Notes: generated by a model not told the origin, from the sequence alone. A DNA stretch of 64,000 nt from Antedon mediterranea (GCF_964355755.1 NC_092679.1:22861432-22925431); one strand, 5' to 3'. Positions 1 to 14,490 are shown, counted from the first letter of the stretch. Numbers and translations are program-made.

Positions 1-3000
1 AAAAACATTTATTTCTCAACTTATATTTACATACAGACAATTACATCATGAATATCTATCAGAATATAAATAATAGGATCGTGACTACAACATAATCAAC
101 AACAATTTCTGATCACACATCACACTATTTCCTTTACCAGCAAAAAAGAGAAAAAAGAAAGAAAAAGGCTTAATTCTACATATATATTTTCCATTGCTTT
201 TTTCTCATCTCTTTTTATTCTTTCAAAACGTTATTTGTTGTTATTTCAATACCCAACATTTTCACCAGACTATATAAAACAGGTAAGAAAGAAAATTTAC
301 AGTGCTAATAATTACGTCGATTTTCATAAAAATATAATAATTATTATACTATAGATCATTGTAAACTGTACAAGATCATAATCAACGCATATTGTTGTTT
401 ACATATTAAAGTCTTTCATCTAAAAAGAAGGTTTGAAAAGACGGTCTTTACAGTGTTTACATTTCTTCTCTTCGTTTTTAGGAAGCTAATAACACACGTA
501 CTTAATGTATATTTTGTTTAGTTAGATCTGAAGTAACGTCATACTTCAGTTAGTTATTATTAGTTGTTTATTTAGATTTCTAATTATAGCAGACTTAATT
601 TGTATTCAGACGAACACTCAGTACACATACTTGATATTTGAGTAGCTTCTAATGGCATTGTTTTAAATACAGTTCAAAATAGGAGTGTGAAGTAGCAATT
701 TCTTATTTATGAGATATGCACCCGATTCTCATAGACTTGTCCCACAGTTACAGTTATTGCATTTTTTTCATGTTAGTCCACCAGTCGGCGTTTTGATTGA
801 AAATATACGTATGAAACGCTATATGTGCCAAAATATTTATCTTTTTACTAATAAGTCAAAATTCCGTCTAGAACCAATTTTCTCGGTACTGTATATCGAA
901 TTCTTTAGTTTCATAGGAATATTTGGTAATACAGCATCATATGCAATGAGTTCAGAATAAACGCATGTTACATATACGACATAAGTTGTATGTAAAAACG
1001 TGGACTTCTTTACTTCTATCGTGTGAACTAGCATCTAACACTCAGTGTGTAATATATATGCCTAATTTCATCTAAATGGTAATAAAATAAATCTTAAAGA
1101 ATGTAATAAAAAACAAAATGTTTAAGACAATGTAAAATAAATCTACAAACAAGCTGATACTACAAAATGTTTTTAAAACTAAAAAATACGTTCGCTGATG
1201 AATCTTCCGCTTATGACATTGGACTCTGTTGCTATTAAGGTCATCTTTACAATTCTACAAGAATGGCTAATGTCTTCTGAAGAGAACGCTTTGTAGATCG
1301 TTTAAATCCATTATTATAATCACACACACATTTCGTCTATTGGCATTTGTCTGTTTGGAATGATATCTGGCGACATGGGGAGAGAGTTAGATTAGACGAG
1401 AATTTGAACAGATCTATTATACGGTTCAATAAACAGACATCAATGGACAAAAGTTAATCATTTAGTTGATGGCGGAATCCATCAAAAAGAACTGACCATT
1501 ACTGCTCATTTGAACACGCATCTTCAGTATTATAGAGCAACTTTTGGAAAGTCCAGTTGTAGTAGTAAAACCAGTACTGGAATTTAAAGACGTATTTCCA
1601 ACGTGTACAAACAGATTATGATGAATAAATAATCTTTATCTCATCACAAAGGCATTATTCTTATAAAATATTTATTGATATTGAATTGATTCTTTTTGTC
1701 TCTTTTTATTTTTTGTTTCTGTTCGTATAAAATATAAAAAATATTATCAGAAAGGCTAATGTCTCTATAGTATTTTACAAGATATAAAGCAAAGATGCAA
1801 ATATATAGCCTATATGAAAAATATGAAAAAAGCACCTAAACAAGAAAACATACCTGGTGCCCATAATTAACTCGAGCGGAATATTATTGATAAGCGCCCT
1901 CTCTAATTTAATAATTCTCTGAATCGTAACAACATGCTAATTTCAGTGAAACAAGAAGGACTTTGGACATATTTATATATTTTGTGTATATTAACAAAAT
2001 CAAACTAAGGACTATACGTATATTAACCATGTTGCCAATACGAATATTTTAAGAATTTATTTGTTCAAAAATGGAGACTCAAAACGTTTTTTTAAATTGA
2101 TATCCACCGGTTTCTTTATAAATGTAGTTGTTAGATTTCAAAATAGCTGAAAGCGGAATTACAGATTGGTACGACGTACGTATGAACAAATTTCACCTAG
2201 CATCTACATAATTATCGCCTGATACGCGGTAATTCGTCATGACAACGCAGTGTCAGATTAATTTTCAAGATTTGGAAATTCATGTATATTTTGTTACAGA
2301 TTAAAAGAAATTAGAATTTCAAGCAATATTAGTAATAGTTCTGTAATATAAATTTCTTTGGCCCATGGGAAACGATCAAGTTCGATAACAAACAGCGTGA
2401 AATGGAAAGCCGATGACCTCAACAATTCAAGAGATGCGCAGTTCTGTTATCACCAGGAGAAAAGAGTACATACTCGATAGTGTACAGGTTTTAAATCAAT
2501 TAATGATCTTTGAAAATTTGTTAAAAATTCCAAAAATGAAAATATCTGTCAAAACTATAATTCCAATCATATTATGTAACATTAATTCATCATATACTCA
2601 TACAGGATTTGAACTCTATTTTAATGGTTATATTTGAAGGCGAGCACAACTGAATCGTTTACTGGAGAAATTAATTGTGAAGATTTAAATCCCCCTAATA
2701 ATTTCACGACTGTAACTTGCGTTTGAAATGTTTTTAAAGTCAACGTCCTCAAGAATGCTGCTGTAATAAAGTTTACCAATCTAAGTATATAGGCCCATGA
2801 GTGACATCAAACATCAAACAACATTTGTATAATATTAACTAGTAGTAGAATCAAGAGGATGGAGCAGGAAACATTATGTCAACATATTGTTGACAACAGC
2901 CGTGTCATTAATAGTTACATTTCTATAGTATATACTTTACTGTGAGAAATAAACGTTGTGCAACAGGAGTTATTATTAACACAAAATAGGATTTTTTATG

Positions 3001-3350
3001 TAACAAGCCTACTATAGACAAGGCAATATATTACTCTAACGTCGTCAATTGTGCGCATTACGTTTGATTCTACAGTTGAGTACTAGTCGTGTGGCACGTG
3101 AGTGGGTTGACCAATCACAAACGACAATTCTGGGGATCAATGTGTATCTGTGACTGCGACACGATCAGTTCCACGCCCCTTAAAACACACCACGCGCCGC
3201 GGTGTATATGTACATAGTACAGTACTTGGTGTTTGTCGCAGCCAGATATAAATTATATCAAAAGACTGTTACGATAACCTATCTTGGCAAGGCGAGCTCA
3301 GTGTCCTGTTGTTAGATTGCCTTGTTACGACCGACGTAGTACGTCAGTAA

Positions 3351-3529
3351 AGCGTGGCTCCCACTAGCGACGCAACGCAAGGACGTAACGCAACGCAAGT
3401 GAATTGACCAATCACAAGCGATGGCTTATTCGCTTGTGATTGCTAACTGTCTATAACTTCGCTTGTCATTGGTTAAAACGCTTGCGTTGCGTTTACGTCC
3501 TTGCGTTACGTTCTAGTGGGAACCACGCT
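3351..3529. mobile_element. PIF/Harbinger-like MITE family A, copy 1
   Basis: TIR AGCGTGG(C/T)TCCCACTAG with long internal palindromy; flanked by TAA and TGA. Confidence 0.8.
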
Positions 3530-4823
3530 TGACTGCACAAATACATCACCGCGGTAAACTATGAAAATAATATACAGTATAACGATTCTTACACTTGTTA
3601 TACGCATCTCTTGGGTATTTGCATTTAGTGTCTTTATTGAATTTTGTTTGCAATTTGGAAGTAGAGGTCGTTTGCATTAAGTACAAATCGATCAAGTCGC
3701 TCACATCCTTATATTTTTCAACAGCTTCCTAGATATAAAAGACCAAAGCTAGATTTCGATCTAATTTTTTTCAAAAAATAAACATTTTTGTCCTGTTTTT
3801 GTGTATTCAAGACAGGACCACAATGCAAACGGGTTTTCTTTTACATGACTGTGTAATCCTGTAAAAGATGTTGTTAAATAAATAAATAAAAAACAATCCC
3901 AAGTCAGGTTTCAAACTATGCTTCCGGAATTAACAAAAGGAAATATTTACTGATTCACTGATCTACAGAAAAACAACAGATTTATTTGGTATGTAAATCG
4001 TGGCATCAGATTTTGATTTAAAAACACTTTATTTAAAAAAAATGATCACATCATCAATCGATCAAGATTTTCATGTCGATCATTTTAGGATGTATTTAAA
4101 GTATATACTAATTCATCATTATTATTGTTATATAATATTTTACCAAATCATTATATAAACCTCCACGATCATTCATTCGTTCACCAAGGTTAAGTAGGCC
4201 CTACAAATCCATGTCTCATTACGTAACACGTAAAAACAAATCTACTTAAAAATAGATTATAAAAAAACATTAAAACAAATTATCTAAAGAAGCTTTTAGA
4301 GAAATTAAACTCGTAAGATTTAGATTTAGATGCATTGCTGATAAAAAAATAACACTTCGAATTAAACTAAATTAATTGTCCTGTTGAGTAAATCCGTTTT
4401 AATAAAGTGAATTTATTTGTTTTTTACAAAAGACTTACCCGGTAATGGATTTTGAAAGTAGTGTAGTGTTAATAAATTTATACTGATTTTGGGAAAAGAA
4501 AATACAATAGTGTGTCAATATTACTTTTGAAAGAATTACTTCTGAATTGAGTTGGCGGTTCGTTTCAGATGTTAGATGTAATTTTTTACGGTTCGTGATG
4601 TCGACATGCGTAAACAATAATTAAAAGATGGTCAATACAATTAAGTTAGGAAGTCGTAGAGAAAATACTATTTTTTTGAAAATAAGAAACAGATTTTTTT
4701 TCTGTACGAAGACCGTATCGAAGGTATAATGTGAGCGCAAGAGGAAGGCAATTGGGAAAATGAGTGATGACGTCAAAAAAGTGGATAAGTGAATATGTAG
4801 AAGCAGAGAACGTGGTTGTCGTA

Positions 4824-4948
4824 GATGACGACGACGGCGGTGAAGGTGACGACGACGGCGGTGAAGGTGACGACGACGACGGTGAAGGTGACGATGTGAT
4901 GACGACGGCGGTGAAGGTGACGATGACGATGTGATGACGATGATGACA
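4824..4948. repeat. GC-rich minisatellite (GAC)nGGCGGTGAAGGT
   Basis: Visible 21-bp-type units; source of the spurious HRRRRH and SSPSP ORFs. Confidence 0.85.
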
Positions 4949-7900
4949 ATGGGGAAGAACATTATTGGATGAACAATAGAACCATCTGACAACAAAGAAC
5001 AGAGAGGATTCAACAGATCTACATGGAAACGGACTGATGAAACGAAATGAAACGAAATCAATGGAAACACGCATAACCAGGATTCTGAGATCCGGAGATC
5101 AAAGTGTTGATCTGTGGCTGCGACACGACAGAATATGTACATTGTACCATTGTACAACAGCAGTGTTGGTATTTGTCACGACCAGACATACGATTAAAGG
5201 ACTGTTACGAGTTCCTATTTTGGTAAGGCGAGCTTAATGTCATGTCCTGATGTTAGATTGCCATGGTAAGGTTAGAGTTTGATACAAGTTTCATAAGCTG
5301 TATCACGGAATTTCCCTACGACACAACTACAAATTTAGATACAGTAAAAAAATACCTGTAGGTTAATTATGCTGTTTACCAAAAAAAATAGAAAATGCAA
5401 GATAATGTACATAGAGAAGCGGTAACGTTATCAATAAATACGTTGGCGCCCAATTCGGTAGTTCAAACGCGCGTTCAAATTACTTTAAGTTTTATAAGTA
5501 TACTTGATGTACAGATTACTACATAATAAGTGTACGTGCGAATGTACACAAACCGACTAGTACAAACTCTAATTTACCATTACTAATAAATCCCGCATTT
5601 ACTCGAGTGAGTAATATCATCATTTCAAATACTTGTTACTTAATTGATCATTGTAATTAGGATGTCGAATAATGTGACCTTAAAGATGGCTTAATTATAT
5701 CTTGTTTATCTGAATATTCTGGCATACGAGAAAACATTGACAGAAAGTAGTCAATTAATTCAACATTAATTTGTCAAAAATTACTTTCTTGGTGACGTCA
5801 CGGCAGACAGAATATTATTACTATGGGAACACTCTGGCAACGGTTTAGGACAGGTTTAGGACAGGTTTTTGATGGCGATAGACTCTCTGGAATCTAAAAG
5901 GCAATCCTACATATTATAAATGGGTGTACTTGACAATTAGTGTAGATTGTTAAGCACGTATACTTTTTTTCTTTCGGAGTTAAGTGCGCCTACATTCCTT
6001 AATGAGTTTATGATGTGCGTTCAGACGTGTGTGGTAACGTTCCATTGGATATACCTCTTTATATCGGAGTTGACGACACGGAGGTATAAGAGAGAGAACT
6101 GGTCACACAGGCGCTTAAGTCGGTTTTAAAACCTAGGATATGATTTCGATCAGCTTAAATCCGGTTTTTCTAAGTGTAATGTATTATTTCCCCAAAACAG
6201 TATAAATGTAGATTAATAAGATCAGACTTTCAAAAGGCAATTTTAATAAAGCAGCAAAATAAAACACAATAAAACCGATTATATGCACTTAAAAAGACAA
6301 AAAAATTTTTTTTTTTAAATCATGTCTTCTTCCGATAGACAATTTGAATATTTTTTGCCTTAAATTACAGTTTCTCAAGATTATAATGTTTTTTTTCGAT
6401 CCAATTTTTGGTCAAAGTGAATAACTATATGACATCAGAATGACATATTCAACAAAAGTCTTTTTTTTTTAGGGGAAATATAACTTTACAATGTTTAAAT
6501 ACAAGAACATTACAGTCAATATTGTTTTTGTGAAAGCCAGTTTAGTTTACAAAATAATTCTGACTTGGGTAATGATTTAGTATAGAGTAAAGTAAAAGCG
6601 ATTCATTTACATGTAGAGTTCGACAACTCCTATAATGCAGGGCTTCAGTTGACAATGGATGAATTATCTATTTGTCTGACAGGCAAGGAGCAAGTCTAAT
6701 TGCAAGGTTATCCATTGGTCAGTCTCCTGAATATAAGCTTATCGACTTCATAAAGAATAAAGCCAATTTTTACTAGCCGAGAGGCTTGTCGATGGACGGA
6801 ATTAGTAAGAATTTAACCACAGAAATCTAATAATTAGAATGAATTTTAAAAATATGCAAAAATATTCAAAATGTCAAACCGTCACCTGGATGGCTAAGTA
6901 TGTTATTTTTTTTAATGAAAAAAAGTGTTTACTGCACAAATTAGAACATTGCTGATGATCTAAGACAACAATTCAGACATGTGCATACCTACTTTTGATT
7001 TGGTTCTATCATAGAGAGATTTTTTCACAAGATTGACGGAGCCGAGTAGAATAAACATTCAACGAATGAAATTATTCTCACTTTCAACGAATAAAAAATT
7101 GTTTTATAAAACTCTTTTAAAGTAAACTTTATTTAGTTAATCCAATAATCTTAAGTAGTTTAAAAAGGAGGTCTTGAGATTGTTCTACATAGTATAGCAA
7201 AACTCACAATCCTTATTTTACGCAGTACAAAATTCTCAGCATTTGAACATAAAAATCTAGCAGTAATCACAGTAATTCATGAATAATTCAGTGCACGTGA
7301 TACAAAATCAACCAATCAAAAATACACTTAGGTGTGTGTGATAACATTTATCGGAAATACAGTTTTAGGAAGTATTGAAGATGATAATGTTGTGTAGAAT
7401 GTATAACGGTTTTCAGTTTGAATCTACTATTATAAAAATGTATACATCGTCAACATGTAAATTAAATGAGATCCGTATGCAATGTCTTGTTTTTAAAGTG
7501 AGAGCATGAATTTAAAATGAAATAAACGGCAAAAGGTCAAATTGCAATCTTTTATTCAACACAAGTATTATTTTGTGAAATTGAAATAAAAATTTGGAAA
7601 CGAAGGAAACTCAATCGTAACCAGTCCCCTCAGGAAATTGCTTTTCTTTTACAATGAAAAAAACGAGAACTGATAGCGATACAGATAAAATGAATAAAAT
7701 AAGTGATTCATAGATACGATATATCTTTCAGTATACCTAAACATAATAGATAGTGAATTGATAAAAAATCTCCGCGAGGGTGACACGAGAGTGGCATTGG
7801 GTAAATTAAACTATTAAGCTAAATAAATCTCTACGTGCGACCCTACTGAGAGATAACACAACTACTTTAAATACTACTCTGGGAGACTTTCAATAGTCGG

Positions 7901-8666
7901 TTAAGATCTACCTGGCAGCTGCAGAATCGAGTGTCTGTAGTACAGGTCATCTCTGAAAACGAGGGAGGATCAGAAATTGCTAAAACCAGATAGTCACGTC
8001 ATGGTTTTGATACACAAAATCCATGAGAGAGAGAGAGCATATAATAATCTTGCTCTAAAGCTCAGCTCAAAATTAATACGGTTTTCATCATAATTATACA
8101 AATTATAAATGACACAATAAACCAGTGAATTATATATAATGAACTCTGAATTGATTTTTAATATAAAATTCTAGAAAGTTCAACGAACCAAAAATCCCCA
8201 TGAGAATGGATGTACTAGAAGAGTTAATAAAGCAGAACATAGCGGATTTTTGTTTGATCAATAGAGCCTAACCACTTATTTAAGTTGCATCAACATTGTC
8301 ACACTGTACTGCACCAATAAGCTTCTGCTTATAAAACATCTCAAAAGGCACCTTGTCTAAAATATAAGCTATTTGCTTGACAAATATATTCATGTTAAAT
8401 TTATTGTGTAGACAAAGTAATAATGATTTCTTAAAACAAAAATAATTGCTGGTGCATGAAATTGTTATTGCATCTTCAGCGCATTTACTTACTTGGGTAA
8501 CAGTCCGTATCTTACAAAATCCAACTGGTAAAATCATATTGCATTTTTAAATGATTAAAATTGAACTTTCATCATTTTTTTTTTATTCCAAAAAAAATCA
8601 CAGATTGAGCACTTGATTTTTTGTTATCGTGTCCATATTTTGGGCACATCACACATTTTTTTATAA

Positions 8667-9115
8667 ACTAGTTTTATAGTGTAGGTCAGAGCTTTAGTTT
8701 TTGTTGGCGCTGGCAGTATAAATAAACTAATTTAAGTCATACAAAAATACGTATTACGTCGTCGGTACAAGCAGCATCAGCATACAAATTACATTGAATA
8801 TTTCAGGGATTGCTTCTATTTTTCACGAAGATTTGTACAAATGCAAATGTTGTTTATACAAATCCTTAAAGCGAGCACGTGGTATATACTAGTTTTATAG
8901 TGTAGGTCAGAGCTTTAGTTTTGGTTTGCGCTGGCAGTATAAATAAACTAATTTAAGTCGTACAAAAATACGTATTACGTCGTCGGTACAAGCAGCATCA
9001 GTATAAAACTCGGATTACATTGAATATTTCAGGGATTGTTTCTATTTTTCACGAAGATTTGTACAAATGCAAATGTTGTTTATACAAATCCTTAAAGCGA
9101 GCACGTGGTATATAC
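8667..9115. repeat. Near-perfect tandem duplication of about 220 bp
   Basis: ACTAGTTTTATAGTGTAGGTCAGAGC...GAGCACGTGGTATATAC occurs twice head to tail. Confidence 0.92.
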
Positions 9116-11948
9116 ACGAGGGTAGACAAGATTTATAGTTTAGATTATATTAACGTTTGTAATGATAGTAGTTCGAAACGCTTACAATACGAGTAAGCGT
9201 TAATGTTATCTCAGCGATTAGGCACGTTAATGTAATGTATATATAACGTTGATAGCGAATAAATAATATTCTAATTCGTACAAACTATGCCTAATTAATA
9301 ACTAGGCAAAAATTATTGAAGGTTTTCCTCAAATTATTATTCAATTCACACCTAGGTGTATCCTTGGCATTTGGTTGGTTAATGTATCATGTGCCGATGG
9401 TTATTGTGGTCTATTCTATATTACAACTAACGTTCTGTGGTACAGTAAACGTTCTATTGCACGGCCAGTCATGTGCGACGCGGTATAGGCTTGGTGATGC
9501 ACGATTGCAAAACCAACCTAGTATCGCCGTCTGTAACCGCTCTAATTCGCAGCTAAAATCCGGTTACCAGCTTTTCAAATGGCCTAGCCTTCGACATTCG
9601 ATTCAAGATGGAAGCGGCCGGAGGATTAATTTAATAACAGTTTACTTTAAAACAGCAGATGTGTTATAAACACATGATGAATGTTTGTTTCTCGTTGAAA
9701 CTCTAATCTCAGTCCCGCCGCCTTAGTCATTGAATAGAACAGTGAAAATATTCTGTACCAATCAACCGATGTACATTTGTAGGTCTCATTGCCTCGGTCC
9801 ATTTGTTATAATAATAAACAAGTAAATAACATGCAGAAGGTCTCATTGTGGTGATGTCATAATTGCATTGAGCATAGCTGATTAGCTGAGCAATATCATT
9901 TGTATTTTGCTGTATTGTTTCTTTGCATAATATCATATACGGTACATTATACTCATTGACAATATTTTCTTTAGATATATTGTTGATTAGGCCTATAGTG
10001 TGTAATTCACATGTCTGTACCAACGCTTAGCACAACAAACTATATCAAGGCGAAGGCGAATTTATTCGCGCGAGATGGAAAATGGTTACGCATGTGCATA
10101 ACCGACGCTCTTAATTCGTGTGATTAAACTCGTCTAGTTGAAAACAGGTCCCTTTTTTTGTTATTTTATTTTTATGAGATGGTTATTGTATGACAAATAT
10201 TCCAGTACACCCCCTCACATCCGCCTCGATTCACAATAATTATAATAGTACAGTGTACGCTTTTAAATATTATGTAGGTTATATGCGTATAACTGCTACA
10301 ACAAACGAACAAGGATCAGTGTGGCTTTCTTCTTCATTATCACCACTACATTATACTCAAAATTAATCTTTAATTTTAATAAGTAGCCATGACCGATGGA
10401 TCTTGTATCGCATTCATCCATCTTCGCATTTATATCTACGATTTTGTATAATTCCCACCATTTGTCTATCTACAGGCGAGCCGTATCGACTTATGCAAAT
10501 GCCAAACATGATAACACAATAAAGTAAAATAAAAATATCATTATAAATTGTCATTATGAATTTATCATTACATCCATCAAACAATCAGTGTTTGGAGACA
10601 ATAAAAATGCATATTATGATGAAAATTAATATCTTGATGGCTTTCAAATATGATATATAAATTGATAGTAAATGTATATGAATAATAATAATAGAAAGGG
10701 AAAACATATACCGACTTTATTATGTTTTTATTCGCATGTCATGATTTATATTAATAAGAGATAAGAAGTGTATATATCCAAGGCTATTGAACAAATAGCA
10801 AATGTATTTCTTTTCAAAATATAATATTTACATTTTTAACATATTTAATTAATAATAATCTTAATATAAGATGTTAAGATTTTAATCTAAACTTCAAAAA
10901 TATGTCACAAAATGATAAGTTTATATTTATTATGGGTGCAAATGATCCCGATATCATCAAGCCAGTTATGAAGTATGTATGTTCGGCGTTTGACTATTCA
11001 AGCCCCCCACCTGATACTGAGCGACCTTTATGCAACATACATGCTCATTGAATGCTTTTATTATTGCTTTTTCTTTTATATCTTTGTTTATCTTGGTAAA
11101 TGTTGTTGTTAATCATACCTTGATGTTAAGGTGAATGTTAATAAATTTGAATTTATATAACCATCTAAGATTTTACCTCAGTATATAATAATATACATCT
11201 TTATTTTGTCTTTTTAAGTGAAATCATTAGGCCTATATTTGTTTGCTGTATTAAAATGTCTATTCTCTATTCATCTTCGTTTTTCATATTTTTGGGTGAC
11301 AATAATCTTTAATTATGCCTAAATTTGAATTTTATTGTATTCACGATCCATAATTTAGGCTATTTTAAGTCAATTAAATAACACTATTATATTGAAAAAT
11401 TTTGAATATTCACTTTTCCAGTTAAATTACAAAATATCTAAACATTACATTGTCAGTATATTATATGCTATATATATATATATATATATAGGTATCGCCA
11501 TTATTGGAAGGAAGAGTAAAAAATGGTTGTTATTAGTCAATAATATACAAAATAATTAATTTTGATATTTTAGTATTTCACTATTGGAAACAACCTTATT
11601 ACATTCACTTACTGAAAATAATAAAGCAATTCATTTTGAACATTGATATTAAATACATTACATATGTTACGATTCATTTTATCTCCTTAATACAATTTAA
11701 TTGTATCATCCATTAAAGTCAATTTCTTGCAGACCACTAAATTATATCATAATCAATGTAGGCCTATTATTCAAATTCTTTATGGAATATGCTATGATTC
11801 AGTATTCTCTTTATGTTATATTTAGGTACAATCGATCTTTTACAGCAAACTAAATAATCTTACAATCAGCCTAAGTATAATCTTTCAAGTAACTGATATG
11901 ACTACTGTATATGATTGAAGGAAACAACACAAATAACAATGAAGAAAG

Positions 11949-12216
11949 ACGCGCGCGTTTAAACGTTGACAAATGCAAACGCGTTTTAACGTTGATTGAT
12001 ACGCGCATTTTCAAACGTTGATTGATACGCGCGTGTTTATTGATAGTTTGATACGCGCATGTTTAAACATTAATAATTTGGTGATACGCGCGCGTAAACA
12101 TTGATAGTTTGGTGATACGCGCGTGTTTAAACATTGATAGTTTGATACCCGCGTTTAAACGTTGATAGTCTTGATACGCGCGCGTTTAAATGTTGATAAT
12201 TATGGTACGCACGCGT
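11949..12216. repeat. Degenerate minisatellite of about 28-30 bp (GATACGCGCGTGTTTAAACATTGATAGTTT)
   Basis: About 9-10 diverged units, each with a CGCG core. Confidence 0.85.
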
Positions 12217-14070
12217 CAACTTGACTAACATATTGATAATTATTTGCTATATTATACAATGAATATCTGATTTTATTTATTGAGTATTCACTAAAGATGT
12301 TGTTTGTATTACGCATACAAAATATTATTCTCTAATATAATACAATACTACAATACATTCATATAATATATTGGTAAATTATGATCACGTAAAAGGTACA
12401 ATATTCCACGCCTTGGAGTACAGTATATACACATAGCGGTACTTAATAGTAACCGCTGTAACTCGTATATTTCAAATCATGTAAAACAACTGCTGTAATT
12501 ATATATGTTTTGGATTAATGTAGGCCTACACTAGACAAGCTTAAAAATGCGCTTACGCCAAATTCAGCGAACACCATGTAAACAATAGGCCTATAATATA
12601 GAAACTATGTATCACTATATCTGTAAAACTTTATCGTTTCTCTTGAAATGAAAAGGACCGAATCCTGACAAATAATTTGTAATCACCATGTACATCCATA
12701 ACCTCGTTAGCCAAGTATGGAATTCACAAATTAGGCAACGGGCGATTCAACTATATTAAATCAACTATTCATCACTATCAATTCCTAGATATGTACAGTT
12801 AGGATACGAGGCAGGCTACATAAACTCAATACACTAAGAAATCAATGAACCCAATTAGTGATGCCGTTAAAACTCCAGCCGACTGAAAAACCCAGGAGAG
12901 TTAAAATGGTACACTTAATTAAACAGTTTGCCTAGCTGGGATACGACGTATATCCACGCTTTCTGATTCATTATTCTAGCATTAAAAACTCTCAAATGTA
13001 GATAATGTCGTTACGCCTAATACTATTACAGGCTTCTCAGATACATAGAATGACATGGTGCGTCCATAGGCTTTATTACGCGCGCGTTTGATGTTACCCA
13101 ATGGAAGAGTGAAATTCACTCTTTCTTAGCCTAATCTAAATTACCGTAATATCACTCTTCTCTGATAATAATATGTAATTCATGTAGTACTATGGTTACA
13201 GTGTCTAGGCCTATATTGTATCCAGTATCAAATTCTTAATACAATGTATCCTATGTGACGCCTGTATCATAGACCATAAGTCCCCAACCTCAACATGGTT
13301 CAAACATATCATTGTAGGCCTATATAATGTTGATATAATATTAAAGTACAGAGAATCGGCTTCCAAATCCATATTAAATCAGGGTTGTTCACACGTAGTA
13401 TCCAGACCTACACAACATAGTAAGACCCTATTGACGTCAATTGTAAGAAGGAATCACATGAAAATTATATGTATAGGCCTAGGCCTATAACCGTTAAAAA
13501 CCTTAGAAATAGAACAGGTGGGTTCACACGATGCAATTCAGAACACATAAGACATATTTACACGATTATTAATGTCAAACATGCAATGTAATATCTGACG
13601 AAAATCAGAAATACGTATTAAATAGAAAGGCGTGTTCAGAAAAACAGAAAAAGACCTCCGTTTACACATATGACAATCGTAACATATAATCCTACCAACA
13701 CGTGGTAGTTTACCACCAAACTTCAATTCATCATAGGCCTAATACTATTATGTAGAAAGGTTCACACGCTTACTACCGAAGCGCTGTCCGTCTGAATTAG
13801 GCCTACACTGGCAATTCAAACCGGCAGGAATATTTTAACGTATCAAAATGCTAAATTCTGCTGCACATTTATAAATAGCAAAAATACAGCACACAAACCA
13901 TGTTTCCCACTCAGAAGATCGATTATTACTTTCAAATGTAAATCTTCACTGTCCACCGTTTATTTTCAGACAAAACGCATAGCAACGGTTGACGCAAACG
14001 CATGGAAAATGATACAGTGTGAAAACGTGCTTCTAAAAGATATTAGAGATAAAATATATAAAATACTCAC

Positions 14071-14490
14071 TGTCTCCTCGTCATCTTGCACCACCATTGT
14101 TCATCTCGAGTAGTACCATGAATTTTACTTTACCCTGGTTCCCTGGATTGATTTGTTTTTTCTAATATGTTAATATCTGTGACTGTTATAAGTATACCCG
14201 CCGTAAGTGTTGGTGGAATATTGATTCTCCAAAGCGCTCAATAACACCAGTCAAGAAGAAAATATTTCTATTGAATTTAACTTAAAATAATAAATTCTCT
14301 TTAGTAATCAGAATACTCGCTGCTTACACACTTGCTTTCTAACGTGTTCTATTCTGTAGGCCGCGGCTCATCCATTAGCAAAATATCTCCAAAGCATGCG
14401 TGAGCTAATGAAAACGATTCCTGTCTGCTTTGTGCATTTTAAAAGTACTACTCGTAGCTGGGATTTAATCGTATGTGAATGATTTATATA
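14071..14490 (-). promoter_or_regulatory. Candidate TATA promoter and first exon of an unidentified leftward gene (MVVQDDEET|)
   Basis: Minus-strand TATATAAA at about 14483-14490; ATG GTG GTG CAA GAT GAC GAG GAG ACA|gtgagt strong donor at 14071; CpG-richer surroundings. Confidence 0.4.

Noticed and set aside
4439-4482. 44-bp minus-strand exon (cag|...GG|gtaagt) as the common exon for the candidate left gene
   Set aside because: Splice-like ends, but the peptide YKFINTTLLSKSIT is uninformative and AT-rich, with no further supported exon
5030-5058. Hammerhead ribozyme core CTGATGA...GAAAC
   Set aside because: No convincing stems I, II or III; explained by a short (GAAAC/GAAAT) repeat
4621-5157. 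178-aa and 142-aa ORFs (poly-His/Arg, poly-Ser/Pro)
   Set aside because: Open only because of the minisatellite; no domain or splice support
9316-10023. 117-aa and 98-aa ORFs
   Set aside because: No recognisable domain, non-ATG starts, no splice signals
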